Assembly: GCA_963545485.1 (NCBI GenBank)
Contig: CAUUJG010000005.1
Span: 5,890 to 69,889 of the forward strand
Direction of reading: 5' to 3'
DNA: 64,000 nucleotides
Origin: an uncultured Clostridia bacterium
Lineage (GTDB): Bacteria; Bacillota; Clostridia; Christensenellales; CAG-917
Shown piece by piece: positions 26,702-38,100 of the stretch. The position numbers were made by a program, and so were the translations under genes. The notes under the pieces are model-generated. The model ran no database searches. It was not told the origin of the DNA and saw nothing but the letters and a program-made list of their open reading frames with translations. Numbering within the stretch: the first letter of the stretch is position 1; every line of letters starts with the position of its first letter.

Positions 26702-28108
26702 TTACAGCAACCTCTTGTATATATCTAACATACTTTCCATTTGATATTTTAATAGCCAAGCGACATCATTATATTCACTTGTTTTCTTTATTGTTTCTAA
26801 TAACTTTGGATAATATCTCTCAGTTTCTTTTATCATTTGAAACATCCTCTCCTTACTAAGTCCCCACGACATTGTTGTTAAGTTATTGCAACGATCAATA
26901 CACTTTGTTATTGATGCCTTTACATTGCAGCAAATTGTATTGTAGTACATTTCCATATCGCTTTCAGTTGTATTCTCTTTTGATTTCCTTCTTGTCATAA
27001 GTCTTACTATTTCTTTCGATTCGTCTCCAACTGGTAACTCACGCTCTTCCTTCCCGCAATCTTCAATTACATCGTGTAAAAGTATTGCGGAAATTAACGC
27101 ATCATCTCTAATCCCCATTGCCAGTGCGTGACAAGCCATATTTAAGGGATGATATATGTAAGGAACTTCTGAGTTTTTTCTTGTTTGTCCATAATGTGAT
27201 TCTACTGCATACTCAATACTCTTTAATGTATCATTCAAGTTGCATTTCTTTGCTACTCGCTCAACATATTCCCTCATGTGTTCCCAATCATATATTGCTT
27301 CCTTTGTTTTAAAATCTTTCCCTTTTATACCAATCCTTCGAATTTCTTCAACACCCACAATTTGCAATTTTCTTATCCCCTGTCTGAATTTTTCAAATTT
27401 GTTTGCACGTCTAAAAGGTAATGTTGGAAAGATTGTCGCACACATTGCTGTTAGAATACCTATAGGTATACACAATCTCACCATAAAATTTATTAATTCT
27501 ACCTTCATATTACTATTTAAATTTTGCAAGTAACCGCCACTTAATACCAAAAACAATGGGAAAATAAAAGTTGAAAATATTTGTAAAACTACTATTGCAC
27601 CCTTCCATTCATAAGTTTTTTTATTTCTCAAAATTTCTATTTCACTAGCAATTGCATCTAGTGCTTTTTCATCTGCTGTGTCTACTTTTTTAGCTATAAG
27701 TAGTTCATTTAAGACTCTTGCTTCTTCTAAATCTGATTCCCCTATAAGTGGGTCGACTTCAACTGCTTTTTTTAAGGTTATATTAGCATTAATACAAAAC
27801 CATAAACCCACAATGAAAAATAAGATAACACAAACTATAAAAACATAAAATTCCTTTATGGTCCCAACTTTGAGAGCAAACACTCTTATTCCTTCTACAC
27901 CTATAATGATAAGCAAAATCGAACACAAAACTGAATAAATAATACCCTGTATTTTTCTTTCCTTTCTACTCTTTTCAAATCCACTTTCTTCTAATTTTTC
28001 ATTAAATGCAGGTTTCTTTCCTTTAGACTGTTTTTTCTCTTCTTTTTTCCTTTTTTCCTCATTGTTTAGTTTTTTAACATACTGTTTTGCTAATTCTTCC
28101 ACCAACAT
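26702..28108 (-). CDS. multi-pass membrane protein with a C-terminal SpoT/RelA-type HD hydrolase domain
   Basis: 468 aa with a Lys/Glu-rich N-terminus and about 6 predicted TM helices. The C-terminal part has YIYHPLNMACHALAMG...LLHDVIEDCG (the H...HD...ED pattern of (p)ppGpp-hydrolase-type HD domains). Confidence 0.65.
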   Translation of the reverse strand: MLVEELAKQYVKKLNNEEKRKKEEKKQSKGKKPAFNEKLEESGFEKSRKERKIQGIIYSVLCSILLIIIGVEGIRVFALKVGTIKEFYVFIVCVILFFIVGLWFCINANITLKKAVEVDPLIGESDLEEARVLNELLIAKKVDTADEKALDAIASEIEILRNKKTYEWKGAIVVLQIFSTFIFPLFLVLSGGYLQNLNSNMKVELINFMVRLCIPIGILTAMCATIFPTLPFRRANKFEKFRQGIRKLQIVGVEEIRRIGIKGKDFKTKEAIYDWEHMREYVERVAKKCNLNDTLKSIEYAVESHYGQTRKNSEVPYIYHPLNMACHALAMGIRDDALISAILLHDVIEDCGKEERELPVGDESKEIVRLMTRRKSKENTTESDMEMYYNTICCNVKASITKCIDRCNNLTTMSWGLSKERMFQMIKETERYYPKLLETIKKTSEYNDVAWLLKYQMESMLDIYKRLL

Positions 28109-28295
28109 AAATCCTCCTCAAAAATACAAGTTTTGTTATATATAAAATCTTGTGGCACATATTAATTAAATTAGCCTCAAAGTAAATCCCTAATTCCTCT
28201 CAATCTATTCCTAAAAATCATATCACGCATTAATTTTTCAAACTATTCGTAGCTTCAATATTATTTTTACACAACAATTCTTACATTCCCAACTT

Positions 28296-28664
28296 TCATA
28301 GTTCTAATTTAATTCCTTTTCCCCTCAGATTTTCTATACACTCAATTAGATACTCTTTATTATGTTCTTTGTAAATTGGACTTTCTAAAACTTTTTCTTC
28401 AAGAATATTGTAATTTTCTGTTCTCTTCCCTCTATAATTCTTATCTCTCCACTCTTTAGAAACTTTATACCCTCTTTTTTCCATTTCATCCATAACTACT
28501 GAATGATAAATAAATAAGTAATATGGAGAATATGAAAATACATAATCTACTATTTTATGTTTCTTTTGCCATCCATTTCCCCTAAGTGCACAGCATTCTC
28601 TATGTTGTCCAAGAAGCTGGTTTTTAGGCAATAGATGAATGATTTGTTCATGCCATAGTCTCAT
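28296..28664 (-). CDS. pyrimidine-dimer DNA glycosylase (T4 DenV / TIGR02328-like)
   Basis: 122 aa. MRLWHEQIIHLLPKNQLLGQHRECCALRGNGW matches the conserved N-terminus of the DenV-like family. Confidence 0.7.
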   Translation of the reverse strand: MRLWHEQIIHLLPKNQLLGQHRECCALRGNGWQKKHKIVDYVFSYSPYYLFIYHSVVMDEMEKRGYKVSKEWRDKNYRGKRTENYNILEEKVLESPIYKEHNKEYLIECIENLRGKGIKLEL

Positions 28665-28665
28665 T

Positions 28666-29051
28666 TTATTCTCCTCTTAATAAAGTGGATTCTTGTAAAT
28701 ATTTATTTGGATATTTCTTTAGCAAATTATTGATATATTCAATTAACGATTCCTGATTATTATTTTGTCTCATATATTCTTCCAGTATGCTAAATAACCC
28801 TTGTTTTTCCACTTCAGTTGCTTGATTCTTAAAATATCCCCATATGTGAAAAATGGCATTCTTAAAATCTTTTTTACTTTCTTTTATATTCCTTGCCTTT
28901 TGTATTCTTTCATTAAGGATCAAAATATCAACTTCTTTTTCTTTCAGATACTCTCTATTTCTAAGTACACTTTATGTGATTTGCTTAATACATAATATTT
29001 ATTTTTTACCCATAGCTCTTCACATTCTCTTTTTATATTCTTGTGGTTCAC
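28666..29051 (-). pseudogene. DUF1722 (YbgA-like) gene, apparently frameshifted
   Basis: An N-terminal piece (GTG 29051 to TGA 28944, ...ELWVKNKYYVLSKSHKVYLEIESI*) and a C-terminal piece (ORF 28666-28923, ...HIWGYFKNQATEVEKQ...YL) lie in adjacent frames. The RBS AGAGGG precedes 29051. Confidence 0.5.
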
Positions 29052-29252
29052 ATTAGCCCTCTTTCCAAATATGAAAATAATACATCTATATAATGTTTCA
29101 AATTTTATAAAACAAAAACTTTAAATTCTTACCATTCATAACCTAATTTATAAACTTATATAACGTCACAAACCCTGTTAATTTTTCGAAATTTGCAATA
29201 CTAAATATATATTTGATTCTCCTGTTTCAAATCATAACTACAAATAATTCAG

Positions 29253-29801
29253 CTAATCTCCATTTATAAATATACAATCATCTACTACAACTTCATTCAA
29301 AGCAACTTTACTATAAAAATATTTCTCTTCATCTTTATATCTGTCTGTAACAAATATTAAGTTTTTATTTTTAGAACCTATTAGCAACCTATTTTCATCA
29401 ATTTGATTCTCAATAAACGGTCCATCTATCAAAAGATCTACGCTATTAACTAGTGCATTATCTAAACAATCTATATTTTTACCTGAAAACATAATTATTC
29501 CCAGCCCCAGCTCTTTAATTGCTTTATTAAATTCAATTAACCCCTGCTGTAGAGATGGTTCACCACCACTTAAAGTAACTCCTTCTATATCAAAATTTCT
29601 CTTTGCCTCTTTAACAATATCTATCAGCTTGCCTAATGTGACGATATGTTTAGGTAATAACTCCTGTAAATCTTTATTGCAACAACCTTTGCAATTAATA
29701 TTGCAACCCTGAAACCAAATACAGCATCTATTAAAAGGACCTTCAGTTTTTGTAAATAACTTTATATGTGCAATGTTAAACTTTATTTTATTTAAATCCA
29801 A
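29253..29801 (-). CDS. NrdG-like radical-SAM activase (4Fe-4S single-cluster domain)
   Basis: 182 aa with the CX3CX2C cluster GCNINCKGC, and with GVTLSGGEP and VDLLIDGPF...LLIGSKNKN blocks as in anaerobic RNR activases. It overlaps the upstream AAA+ gene by 14 nt. Confidence 0.75.
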   Translation of the reverse strand: MDLNKIKFNIAHIKLFTKTEGPFNRCCIWFQGCNINCKGCCNKDLQELLPKHIVTLGKLIDIVKEAKRNFDIEGVTLSGGEPSLQQGLIEFNKAIKELGLGIIMFSGKNIDCLDNALVNSVDLLIDGPFIENQIDENRLLIGSKNKNLIFVTDRYKDEEKYFYSKVALNEVVVDDCIFINGD

Positions 29802-31713
29802 AATTCAATCCTGACTTCCCAACTGAAGCAATTAATTTACTATTTGGGAGCAAATTCAAAATCTCTTTATTTTCAAATAAGAATATCCCCAACGGCTCAA
29901 TTAATTTCTGATCTATTGCGTTTAAGATATCACGCCCGCCTTTCATTAAATCTACTTCAGAAATTATGTAATTAATCGCAGTTATTTCATCTTCAAATTC
30001 GAACCTCAGTTTGTATTTTTCTTTTATTTCATCTATTAATGGCATCATCTTTGATCTACAAATCTTATATTGAAATCCCTTATCCTGAATAAAGTTAAAT
30101 GGCACAATATTACTATATCCAATTCTTCCCAACAATTCTGGTCTCTGCAATTTAGTATCAAAGTATTCTTTAACAACATCAATAAATTGTTGAGCAACGA
30201 CCTTCTTATCTTCATTCGGTCTAACGACACTGCTACCCAAATTTGATGTAAACACTATAACGGTATTGCCAAAATAGACTGTCTGTCCCTTTGAATCTGT
30301 TAATCTACCATCTTCTAGTATTTGCAAAAATATATCCAGTATCCTTGGATTTGGTTTTGCTGCTTTCTCAATTTCGTCAAACAATATAACGCTAAACGGA
30401 TGTTCTTTAACTGCATTGGTGAGTTGCCCTCCTTCCTCATATCCTACATATCCCGGAGGTGCACCAATCAACTTTTGATCACTATTCTGTCCCGCATATT
30501 CAGACATATCGAATCTAATACACGCCTGTTCGTCTCCAAATAAAAATTTTGCTAAAGCCTTACATAATTCTGTTTTACCTACACCTGTTGGTCCAACAAA
30601 AAATAAAACTCCTTTGGGGGTAGACTTTGACGATTTCTTATGAATTCCTGTTAGCCCCATGTACGCCTTTATTACCGCTCTTTCAACTTTTTTAATTGCG
30701 TCTTCTTGTCCTACGACCTGTTTTTCTAATTCTTTTTGGATATTCTTTACTCTCTTATATTCTAACTTCTCCCATGGATTATCTTTCTCGCCATATTTAA
30801 AGAGATAAAATAGTTTTTCAAAACTTGTTTTTTCTTCTTTTCTAGACATTCTCGCCAATTGAATTATTTCTCTGTTAGTAAAGTCTTCTAGTAAATCAAT
30901 ACAATTCAGATTCTCATCATCTAAAAGTGTTTTTGTTTCTTCTTTCAATTCTATTTCAAATCCTGTGCTGATTTTCTTTATCATCCTTTTGCGTTCTTCT
31001 CTATCTGGTTTTTGAAGTGTAATGATTTCAACCTCTGGATTGTCACGGTATAACGATATTGGTATAGAAGATGCACTATTGAGCAATATGACTACAACAC
31101 TCTCATTGCAATCTGGTGATATATATTGAACTTTTCTATCCTTTATTGACTTGCTCAATAAAGTTATATTTTCTCTTTCTTCATCATTTAGATGATCACT
31201 ATCAAACAAGTATTCAGACCAATTAATTATAAAAGCACTCTTTTGTTTAGTATCAACTAAATTCTTATAAATTATGTTGAATATATCTGTCGGCGATTTG
31301 AATTGTGCATCGGCTGGTCGTCTATTTTGCCTTACTATTTGAGTACGTCCTACAACATTCCCATGTCTATCATATGCATCCTCAAAGTAGTCATCGTCGT
31401 CGATTAAATCGTAATCAAACGTATCGTCGTCCAAACCACTTATGTCATATGCGTCTCCCTCTAGATTGATCTTCGTGTCTACCAATTTTAAGCTATCCCC
31501 TATGCCAACTGCTCCTTCAATTCGATCCCAATATATGATTTCTCTATATTCCATCTCTTTGAACATGTTTTCTAAGTACTCGCGTAACGTGACAATCTTA
31601 GCTCTGCTTCCACTATCTGATAAATATACATCTCCAATATTGCCATCAATTATGAGACACTTTTTAATACCAGCATTTCTCTTAATTTTATTAAAACTGT
31701 TCTCTAATGACAT
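29788..31713 (-). CDS. ClpB-D2-like AAA+ ATPase with a divergent N-terminal half
   Basis: 641 aa with Walker A GPTGVGKT, GAPPGYVGYEEGGQLT, Walker B ILFDEIEKA, sensor FTSNLG and LEDGRLTD. The N-terminal ~330 aa lacks a P-loop and contains an acidic stretch (DDDTFDYDLIDDDDYFEDAYD). Confidence 0.8.
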   Translation of the reverse strand: MSLENSFNKIKRNAGIKKCLIIDGNIGDVYLSDSGSRAKIVTLREYLENMFKEMEYREIIYWDRIEGAVGIGDSLKLVDTKINLEGDAYDISGLDDDTFDYDLIDDDDYFEDAYDRHGNVVGRTQIVRQNRRPADAQFKSPTDIFNIIYKNLVDTKQKSAFIINWSEYLFDSDHLNDEERENITLLSKSIKDRKVQYISPDCNESVVVILLNSASSIPISLYRDNPEVEIITLQKPDREERKRMIKKISTGFEIELKEETKTLLDDENLNCIDLLEDFTNREIIQLARMSRKEEKTSFEKLFYLFKYGEKDNPWEKLEYKRVKNIQKELEKQVVGQEDAIKKVERAVIKAYMGLTGIHKKSSKSTPKGVLFFVGPTGVGKTELCKALAKFLFGDEQACIRFDMSEYAGQNSDQKLIGAPPGYVGYEEGGQLTNAVKEHPFSVILFDEIEKAAKPNPRILDIFLQILEDGRLTDSKGQTVYFGNTVIVFTSNLGSSVVRPNEDKKVVAQQFIDVVKEYFDTKLQRPELLGRIGYSNIVPFNFIQDKGFQYKICRSKMMPLIDEIKEKYKLRFEFEDEITAINYIISEVDLMKGGRDILNAIDQKLIEPLGIFLFENKEILNLLPNSKLIASVGKSGLNFGFK

Positions 31714-31726
31714 TCTTCACTCCTTC

Positions 31727-32848
31727 TTAGTCTTGAGTTTGTCTTCCCTTATTGGAATCCTCAAAAAAGCGTCTTTGTTTTAATTTCTTTAGTGGCTCAT
31801 CGTGATATACGGTTTCGCTTACTATATGTATGCCATATATTTCTTCTAATATTTTCAAGAATGGTTCTATATCATTTGTGCAAGTTCCGCCCTCATACCC
31901 ATCAAAATGATACATAAATTTGCCGTCTAGTTTTACTTCAAATTCAGCCATTTGCCCTGAAGGTTTTTGTGCAACCATCTTAACTACGTCTTTTTTTCTA
32001 TCAATTTTAATATTGTTTTTTGTATCTACTACAAATCCAGTTTCTCTTATCGCCTTAATAATTGCCTTTAGCGTCGCATTTCTTGTGCGTTCTTTAACAA
32101 TTTCTCGATATGTTGCACTAAATACTTCTCTTGTTCCAAAGTAATCTTGTATTGCAAATTCAGATACATTGTTCTCTCTTAACTTATTTCTACAATACTC
32201 CTTTATTTCCTCTCTTATATATCCATTGAGACTATTTGCTCTCCGTTCTGCTTTGCTTTTAATTTTCTTAAATGTTAGATCTGCATTAATCGGTCTCATC
32301 AACTCTCTATATACCAACTCCCGAATAGTTACACTCTTTATATTTTTTGCTTCTTCTAGTTTTTTAACAAATGCCTTTGTGTTTAACTCTGGTTTTTCTC
32401 TGAGCATCTCCTCAATATGAAGAAGCCCATCTCCATATATTTTTTTATCAAGCATTATCTTCATCAGTTCAATTTCAACTCCAAGGACACCAATGACGTC
32501 TCTTGATAAGTCATTCGATATGTCTCGAAGTTGGTTATATATTTCTGCCAATTCTTTTTCCTCTTTTGTTCTGTTATACCTTACATCCGCATTAAATCTT
32601 TTAGTCTTCAAGTCTCTATTTAATTCAAAAGCAGCTCGTGCTTTTTTGGTTCTCTTAATAATTTTTTCTCTATATTGCAAAAGATACTTTTTATATTCTA
32701 TGACCTTGTCTTCCCCAATTTTTTCGCCAACACGATCTAAATGACGAAGCATTTCTGTTATACGCTCTAACGCCTCTAAGGCAACTTGACACTCCACCTC
32801 ATTCTCAACCGCCAATGCTTCAAAATTAACCATTACTCTTCTACTCAC
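31727..32848 (-). CDS. hypothetical coiled-coil protein (first gene of the three-gene operon)
   Basis: 373 aa, Lys/Glu/Arg-rich and predicted helical through about 270 aa, then a compact C-terminal domain (...[28 protein letters not shown]...). AAGGAG lies 13 nt upstream of the downstream ATPase start. Confidence 0.55.
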   Translation of the reverse strand: MSRRVMVNFEALAVENEVECQVALEALERITEMLRHLDRVGEKIGEDKVIEYKKYLLQYREKIIKRTKKARAAFELNRDLKTKRFNADVRYNRTKEEKELAEIYNQLRDISNDLSRDVIGVLGVEIELMKIMLDKKIYGDGLLHIEEMLREKPELNTKAFVKKLEEAKNIKSVTIRELVYRELMRPINADLTFKKIKSKAERRANSLNGYIREEIKEYCRNKLRENNVSEFAIQDYFGTREVFSATYREIVKERTRNATLKAIIKAIRETGFVVDTKNNIKIDRKKDVVKMVAQKPSGQMAEFEVKLDGKFMYHFDGYEGGTCTNDIEPFLKILEEIYGIHIVSETVYHDEPLKKLKQRRFFEDSNKGRQTQD

Positions 32849-33065
32849 AACACACTCCCATAGCTGGCTTTATGCACAGCTCAAAAATATACTCTCCGTT
32901 TTCTACGATACATATTACTTGCTTACAAATTTCAGAATTACCGCACTAATTTATATGAACAAAACCGATCTTCCATTCTTGTACGGCATTGATATAACTT
33001 GCAAAATCATATCTCATTTTATATCATCATCATATCACAAATTTACATTAAAAAAAGAGGTAAAA

Positions 33066-34451
33066 ATGTCTACATTAACAATGGATAAGCTTGTTGCACT
33101 TGCAAAGAATAGAGGCTTCGTATTCCCTGGAAGTGAAATATATGGTGGTCTAGCTAATACTTGGGATTATGGTCCTCTAGGAGTTGAATTAAAGAACAAT
33201 GTAAAATCAGCATGGTGGAAAAAATTCGTAAAGGAATCGCCATATAATGTTGGTGTTGATTGTGCAATTTTAATGAATCCTACTACTTGGCAAGCTAGTG
33301 GACATCTCGGTGGATTTTCTGACCCACTCATGGATTGTAAAGAATGCAAGTCAAGACATAGAGCCGATAATCTTGTTGAAGATTATCTTAAAAAGAAAAA
33401 GATAAATCAAAATGTTGCAACTTTATCTAACGATGAATTGGAAAATTTAATTGAAAAATATAACATTGCTTGCCCTGTGTGCGGAAAACATAATTTCACA
33501 AAAATACGAAAATTTAATTTAATGTTCAAAACTTTTCAAGGTGTAAATGAGGATACAGCAAATACTATTTACTTGAGACCTGAAACTGCACAAGGAATTT
33601 TTGTTAATTTCAAAAATGTGCAAAGAACATCAAGAAAAAGAGTCCCTTTCGGTATAGCCCAAATTGGGAAAAGCTTCCGTAACGAAATAACTCCAGGAAA
33701 CTTCACTTTCCGTACTCGTGAATTTGAACAAATGGAATTAGAATTTTTCTGCAAACCTGGAACTGATTTAGAATGGTTTGATTATTGGAAAAACTTCTGT
33801 ACTCAATGGTTATATGATTTAGGTATAAAAAAAGAAAACTTAAAACTTCGTGACCACGATAAGACAGAGCTCTGTTTCTACTCAAAGGCAACAACAGACT
33901 TTGAATTTTTATTTCCTTTTGGTTGGGGTGAATTATGGGGTATTGCTGATAGAACAGACTATGACCTCTCTCAACATATGAAAACCAGTTCGAAAGATTT
34001 ATCATATATTGATCCTGTAACTAATGAAAAATATATACCGTATGTAATTGAGCCTTCATTAGGTGTTGATAGAATGGTACTTGCATTTTTGTGTAACGCA
34101 TACGCAGAAGAACAAATTGATGAAAATGATTCTCGTGTCGTTTTAAAATTACATCCTGTGCTAGCTCCTGTAAAAGTGGCGGTTCTACCACTTCAGAAAC
34201 AACTTAATGAAAAAGCAGAAGAATTATTTAAAGCAATCTCAGCTAATTACAATTGCGAGTTTGATACCAGCGGATCTATTGGAAAAAGATATAGACGTCA
34301 AGACGAAATTGGCACTCCATTCTGTGTAACTGTAGACTTTGAATCATTAGAAAATGACACTGTAACTATAAGAGAGCGTGATACAATGTGCCAAACTAGA
34401 GTAAGTATATCTGAATTAGAAAGTTATTTACAAAAAGCTTTCAAGTATTAA
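33066..34451 (+). CDS. glyQS: glycine--tRNA ligase (dimeric class II)
   Basis: The protein starts [39 protein letters not shown]. The ATG at 33066 is preceded by AGAGG. The track ORF starts further upstream at 32919. Confidence 0.93.
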   Translation: MSTLTMDKLVALAKNRGFVFPGSEIYGGLANTWDYGPLGVELKNNVKSAWWKKFVKESPYNVGVDCAILMNPTTWQASGHLGGFSDPLMDCKECKSRHRADNLVEDYLKKKKINQNVATLSNDELENLIEKYNIACPVCGKHNFTKIRKFNLMFKTFQGVNEDTANTIYLRPETAQGIFVNFKNVQRTSRKRVPFGIAQIGKSFRNEITPGNFTFRTREFEQMELEFFCKPGTDLEWFDYWKNFCTQWLYDLGIKKENLKLRDHDKTELCFYSKATTDFEFLFPFGWGELWGIADRTDYDLSQHMKTSSKDLSYIDPVTNEKYIPYVIEPSLGVDRMVLAFLCNAYAEEQIDENDSRVVLKLHPVLAPVKVAVLPLQKQLNEKAEELFKAISANYNCEFDTSGSIGKRYRRQDEIGTPFCVTVDFESLENDTVTIRERDTMCQTRVSISELESYLQKAFKY

Positions 34452-35047
34452 GCGAATAATTCCGGATTCTTTTCTATTGGATCGATTTCGGTTTTTGGCA
34501 AATCAATTATTCTAATTCCGCCTTTAAATACCAGTTTCCTTTGCCATACAACAAGTATGCAATTAAATATGCCTAAAACAATAAATACCATTGCAATAAT
34601 GATGACAAAAATATAAAAGACAATCGCTCCTTTTTGACCCATGCCTTTAAGGAAATATTCAGACATTTCAGTTGCTGTAAATCTTTTTGCTGCTTCTGAT
34701 GGTTGCTGTAATGCCATTTTTGTTAAACCGATAAATGATGGAATCAATGTAAAAGTTAAAAATACATTTAAAATAGTAATAAATACACTTAAAATGTTTC
34801 TCACAATTTTATTTTTTAACATTGATGCTGCTGTGGTGAATGTAGTTATACTTGTAGACATCGTTGCCAAAATAATCAAAAATCGATAAATCATTTTAGG
34901 TAAATCATCAAATGCTGGGAATATGTGTCCCTTATCTCCTGGTTTAGATGTAACTGTCGATATGAATAACAGTCCAAAAATAATCATAACTGTCGCTATT
35001 AAAATGAATACTATTTTGGTTAATTCTGCTTGTTTTTCTCTACTCAT
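34448..35047 (-). CDS. hypothetical membrane protein
   Basis: 199 aa with about 5 hydrophobic helices and no assignable motif. Confidence 0.5.
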   Translation of the reverse strand: MSREKQAELTKIVFILIATVMIIFGLLFISTVTSKPGDKGHIFPAFDDLPKMIYRFLIILATMSTSITTFTTAASMLKNKIVRNILSVFITILNVFLTFTLIPSFIGLTKMALQQPSEAAKRFTATEMSEYFLKGMGQKGAIVFYIFVIIIAMVFIVLGIFNCILVVWQRKLVFKGGIRIIDLPKTEIDPIEKNPELFA

Positions 35048-35194
35048 AGAAGAAATATATTAATTTGCTAGTGATATGTCAAATTAGGTAGTTTAATCAA
35101 TTCATAAAAATTGATTTTCAAATTCCAGATAAAATATAACCACACTCTTATATTTACTTAGCAATTAATCGATTTTTTTCTACTTCACTTATTC

Positions 35195-38100
35195 TTACTT
35201 CTTTCCCCTTTCTTTATCATTCTTTCTTAATATGACAATAATAATTGCAACTGTGATCCCTATCAAAGCGACTATAGATATTGTTATTCCAGCGACTGCT
35301 CCTTTACTCAACTTTGTGTTTGTTTGACTATTTTTATTATCTCTAGTCTTCTTCTTTTTGTATTGTAACTTCCCAAAATCTAAGGTGATTTCATTGTAGT
35401 TTTTATTGCCCTTTACTCTCATCCTCACTTTTCCTTCTAATCTTTTTTCTTTATTATATTCTTTCCAAATATTATCTTTTTCATCAAAGTACTCAGCTCT
35501 TAATCCATCTTCAAAATCAAACTTCCCTTTCTCAAAAGTATATTTCGGATCAATCGGTATAATTTTATATTTACCATAAACTACATTTTTTTCATTTGCA
35601 AAAACATAATTATCTTTATCTGATATTTCAAAAGTTATCGAATATTCACCTACATTCAAGCCCTTATCCGCTGATGAATTGTAGTATTTATTTGCATATA
35701 TCGGTTCTATCTCTTTTCCACTATATTCATATTCTTGTATATATTCAGGAACCTTTATCTTTTTCTTTTGAACATTAATATTCAATTTGTACTTAATCTG
35801 ATAATCATAGAAGTTAAAAATTAATTCAACACTTTTTGTTGTTGCAAACAAGTATGTTCCCATCGGATAATTTACTTTTATATTTTCAATAAATGTCTCT
35901 ATTCCGCCATTTATTTTAGCCGTAACCTTTTCAATTAAAACTACATCTTCTGTATGTAATGTTTTGTTATATATTACTTCCATTATCTCAATCTCTGGTT
36001 CTGTTATCATACAAGTTTCATAATGAATATCTCCATCAGCAAATGTGAAGTTTTTATCTTTATGAGAAACTCCTACTTGATAGCTACCTATGTTCTTTTG
36101 TTCAGCATTTATAAACTCATATATGTCATTACCCCTTGCAAAATTTTGCACCTGTCCGCTGTATCTCAACATTGATGTAATCTGTGAATTATCAAATAAA
36201 AGTTGTTTTTTTGAAACGCTTATTTCTTTAACAACTTTATATTCCTTATCTTGATACTTAACAAAAAAAGTTAACTGTTTTGTGTTGTATTCTACTTTCT
36301 TTTCTAACACCCTAAGCAATTGCACATTAGCTGGATCCCCATTGCTTACAGTTACTTCGTAATCATCTAACTTTACTTCATCTAGAGTTGTGTATTTTGT
36401 CTTTCCTTTTATATCCACTCCTAATTCATCAAATGTAAAATTGTGCTGAAAATCAAGGAAAAATACATATTGATATTGTCTTCTCTCCTCAAGCGACATT
36501 CCTTTTGTTGCTCTATTTGTTTCTTGATATTGGTATTTATTTAAACCTCCTTCGCTATTAAACTTTTTAAACCTTCCAACTTCATCAATGTTAATAATTT
36601 CTTTATTACCATCTTTATCAATTAATTGAACAACTTTCTGCTCATCTGCACCTGATCCAAAAATTCCCACATCCAACTTTGAATACTCTGAAGTTGCATC
36701 ATATGAAATCGGAGTCAATATGTCTGGATAATTGCGAACATACTTATCTTTAATCCCATAATGTCTACCAAAAACTCCTGCAAATGTTGTTTTCTCATTT
36801 GCAATCCATACAAGTCTAAGTATTCTTTCAACTTTCGAATTATCATTTAATGTAAATACAATTTTTTTATATACGACTTGCTCTTTTTGTTCATCAAATG
36901 GGATTTCTATTTTCGCCTCACCGTTTTTTTTAACGAATGGTTTATCCCCTTTGCCATCAAAATTGTATTCCTTTATTTCAGAGTATAGTGTTGGCTTAAG
37001 CGTTAATGTCCCTTTTGTCGATTCCTCATTAATGACAGTTATAGGCTTCTCTGAATCAACATGCTGATATGTCGTCATATTCAAATGATTATTTGAACTG
37101 TTTGTTGCTAAAAATTCTGCAAAATCAACAATATGTAATTGTCTATACTGGACATGTTTTTGTCCAGATTTGTTATATTCAATTTTTACATTATAACTTT
37201 TCGATGCTAATGAGTTATCTTCTTTTTGAATTACACTAATACTATTGCCGAAAACATTTATATTGAATTTATGCGTTATATCTTTATTCCCATCCAATAC
37301 TTGTATGTTTAATTCATCACTCCCTGGAGCTTTATATGTAATATTAATTTTCTGATTTTTTGTAAAGATATTATTATTTTTAAACTTACCTTGTTCAGAT
37401 ACAAAATTCACGCTTGAATTATTTTTATTAACAATTTTGTTATCAACATAATCAACTGGTCCTCTTTCAGATATAACTTGCTCGCCTTTATTTACAAATC
37501 TATAACCCGCAACATCTAGTTGATTGTCAGCATTTTCAACATACTTATAAGGCACATATACAACTGAATCTCCTTTATGGTATGAATTACTGTTCATCCC
37601 TATAAAAGCTCCTTTATAGGTTTTCCCTTTAAATTCATATTTGTATTCATCATCAAATCCAATTAATGATATGGCATGATCCTCATTAGCACTTGGTTTC
37701 TTTTCTTCAAGATTTACCGTTTCACCACTGTTCAGTGTATTTAGCTTATATATATAATTTTTAATTTCATAAAAAACTGAACTTTCATGATATATGTGTT
37801 TTTTTATCTTCGCTACTTTGTTTTCTCCACTTATTCTTACCGGCTCAATCATCTCGCCAAGCCCTTTCAATTTTAATTTATTCAAATAGCTATTAATTCT
37901 TTTCGCCGTTCCCTTATTTTTTCTTGGATTACCATTGGCATAAAATAAAAGCTCATATGGAAACTGATTTTCAAAATATGAAAACCCATCCTTCTCATCA
38001 TCATCTCTATCTTCGTCCCTAGACATTGCATAATGATGTGTGCTGAAAGGCGATCCCGAACCTACCTCTTTTGTATAAAATGCATATCCTGCCTCAGAAA

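Noticed and set aside
12140-32848. Integrase, transposase, CRISPR array or cas genes expected for a tRNA-linked island.
   Set aside because: None of the ORFs of 60 aa or longer in the island, or elsewhere in the window, shows tyrosine or serine recombinase, DDE transposase or Cas motifs. There is no short-repeat/spacer array. Absence is noted, not proven, because small or decayed fragments could be missed.
32849-33065. Possible T-box leader upstream of glyQS, and similarly upstream of leuA at 3623-3879.
   Set aside because: I found no T-box consensus (AAUUAGGGUGGUACCGCG-like) and no specifier/antiterminator architecture by eye. A covariance-model scan would be needed to be certain.
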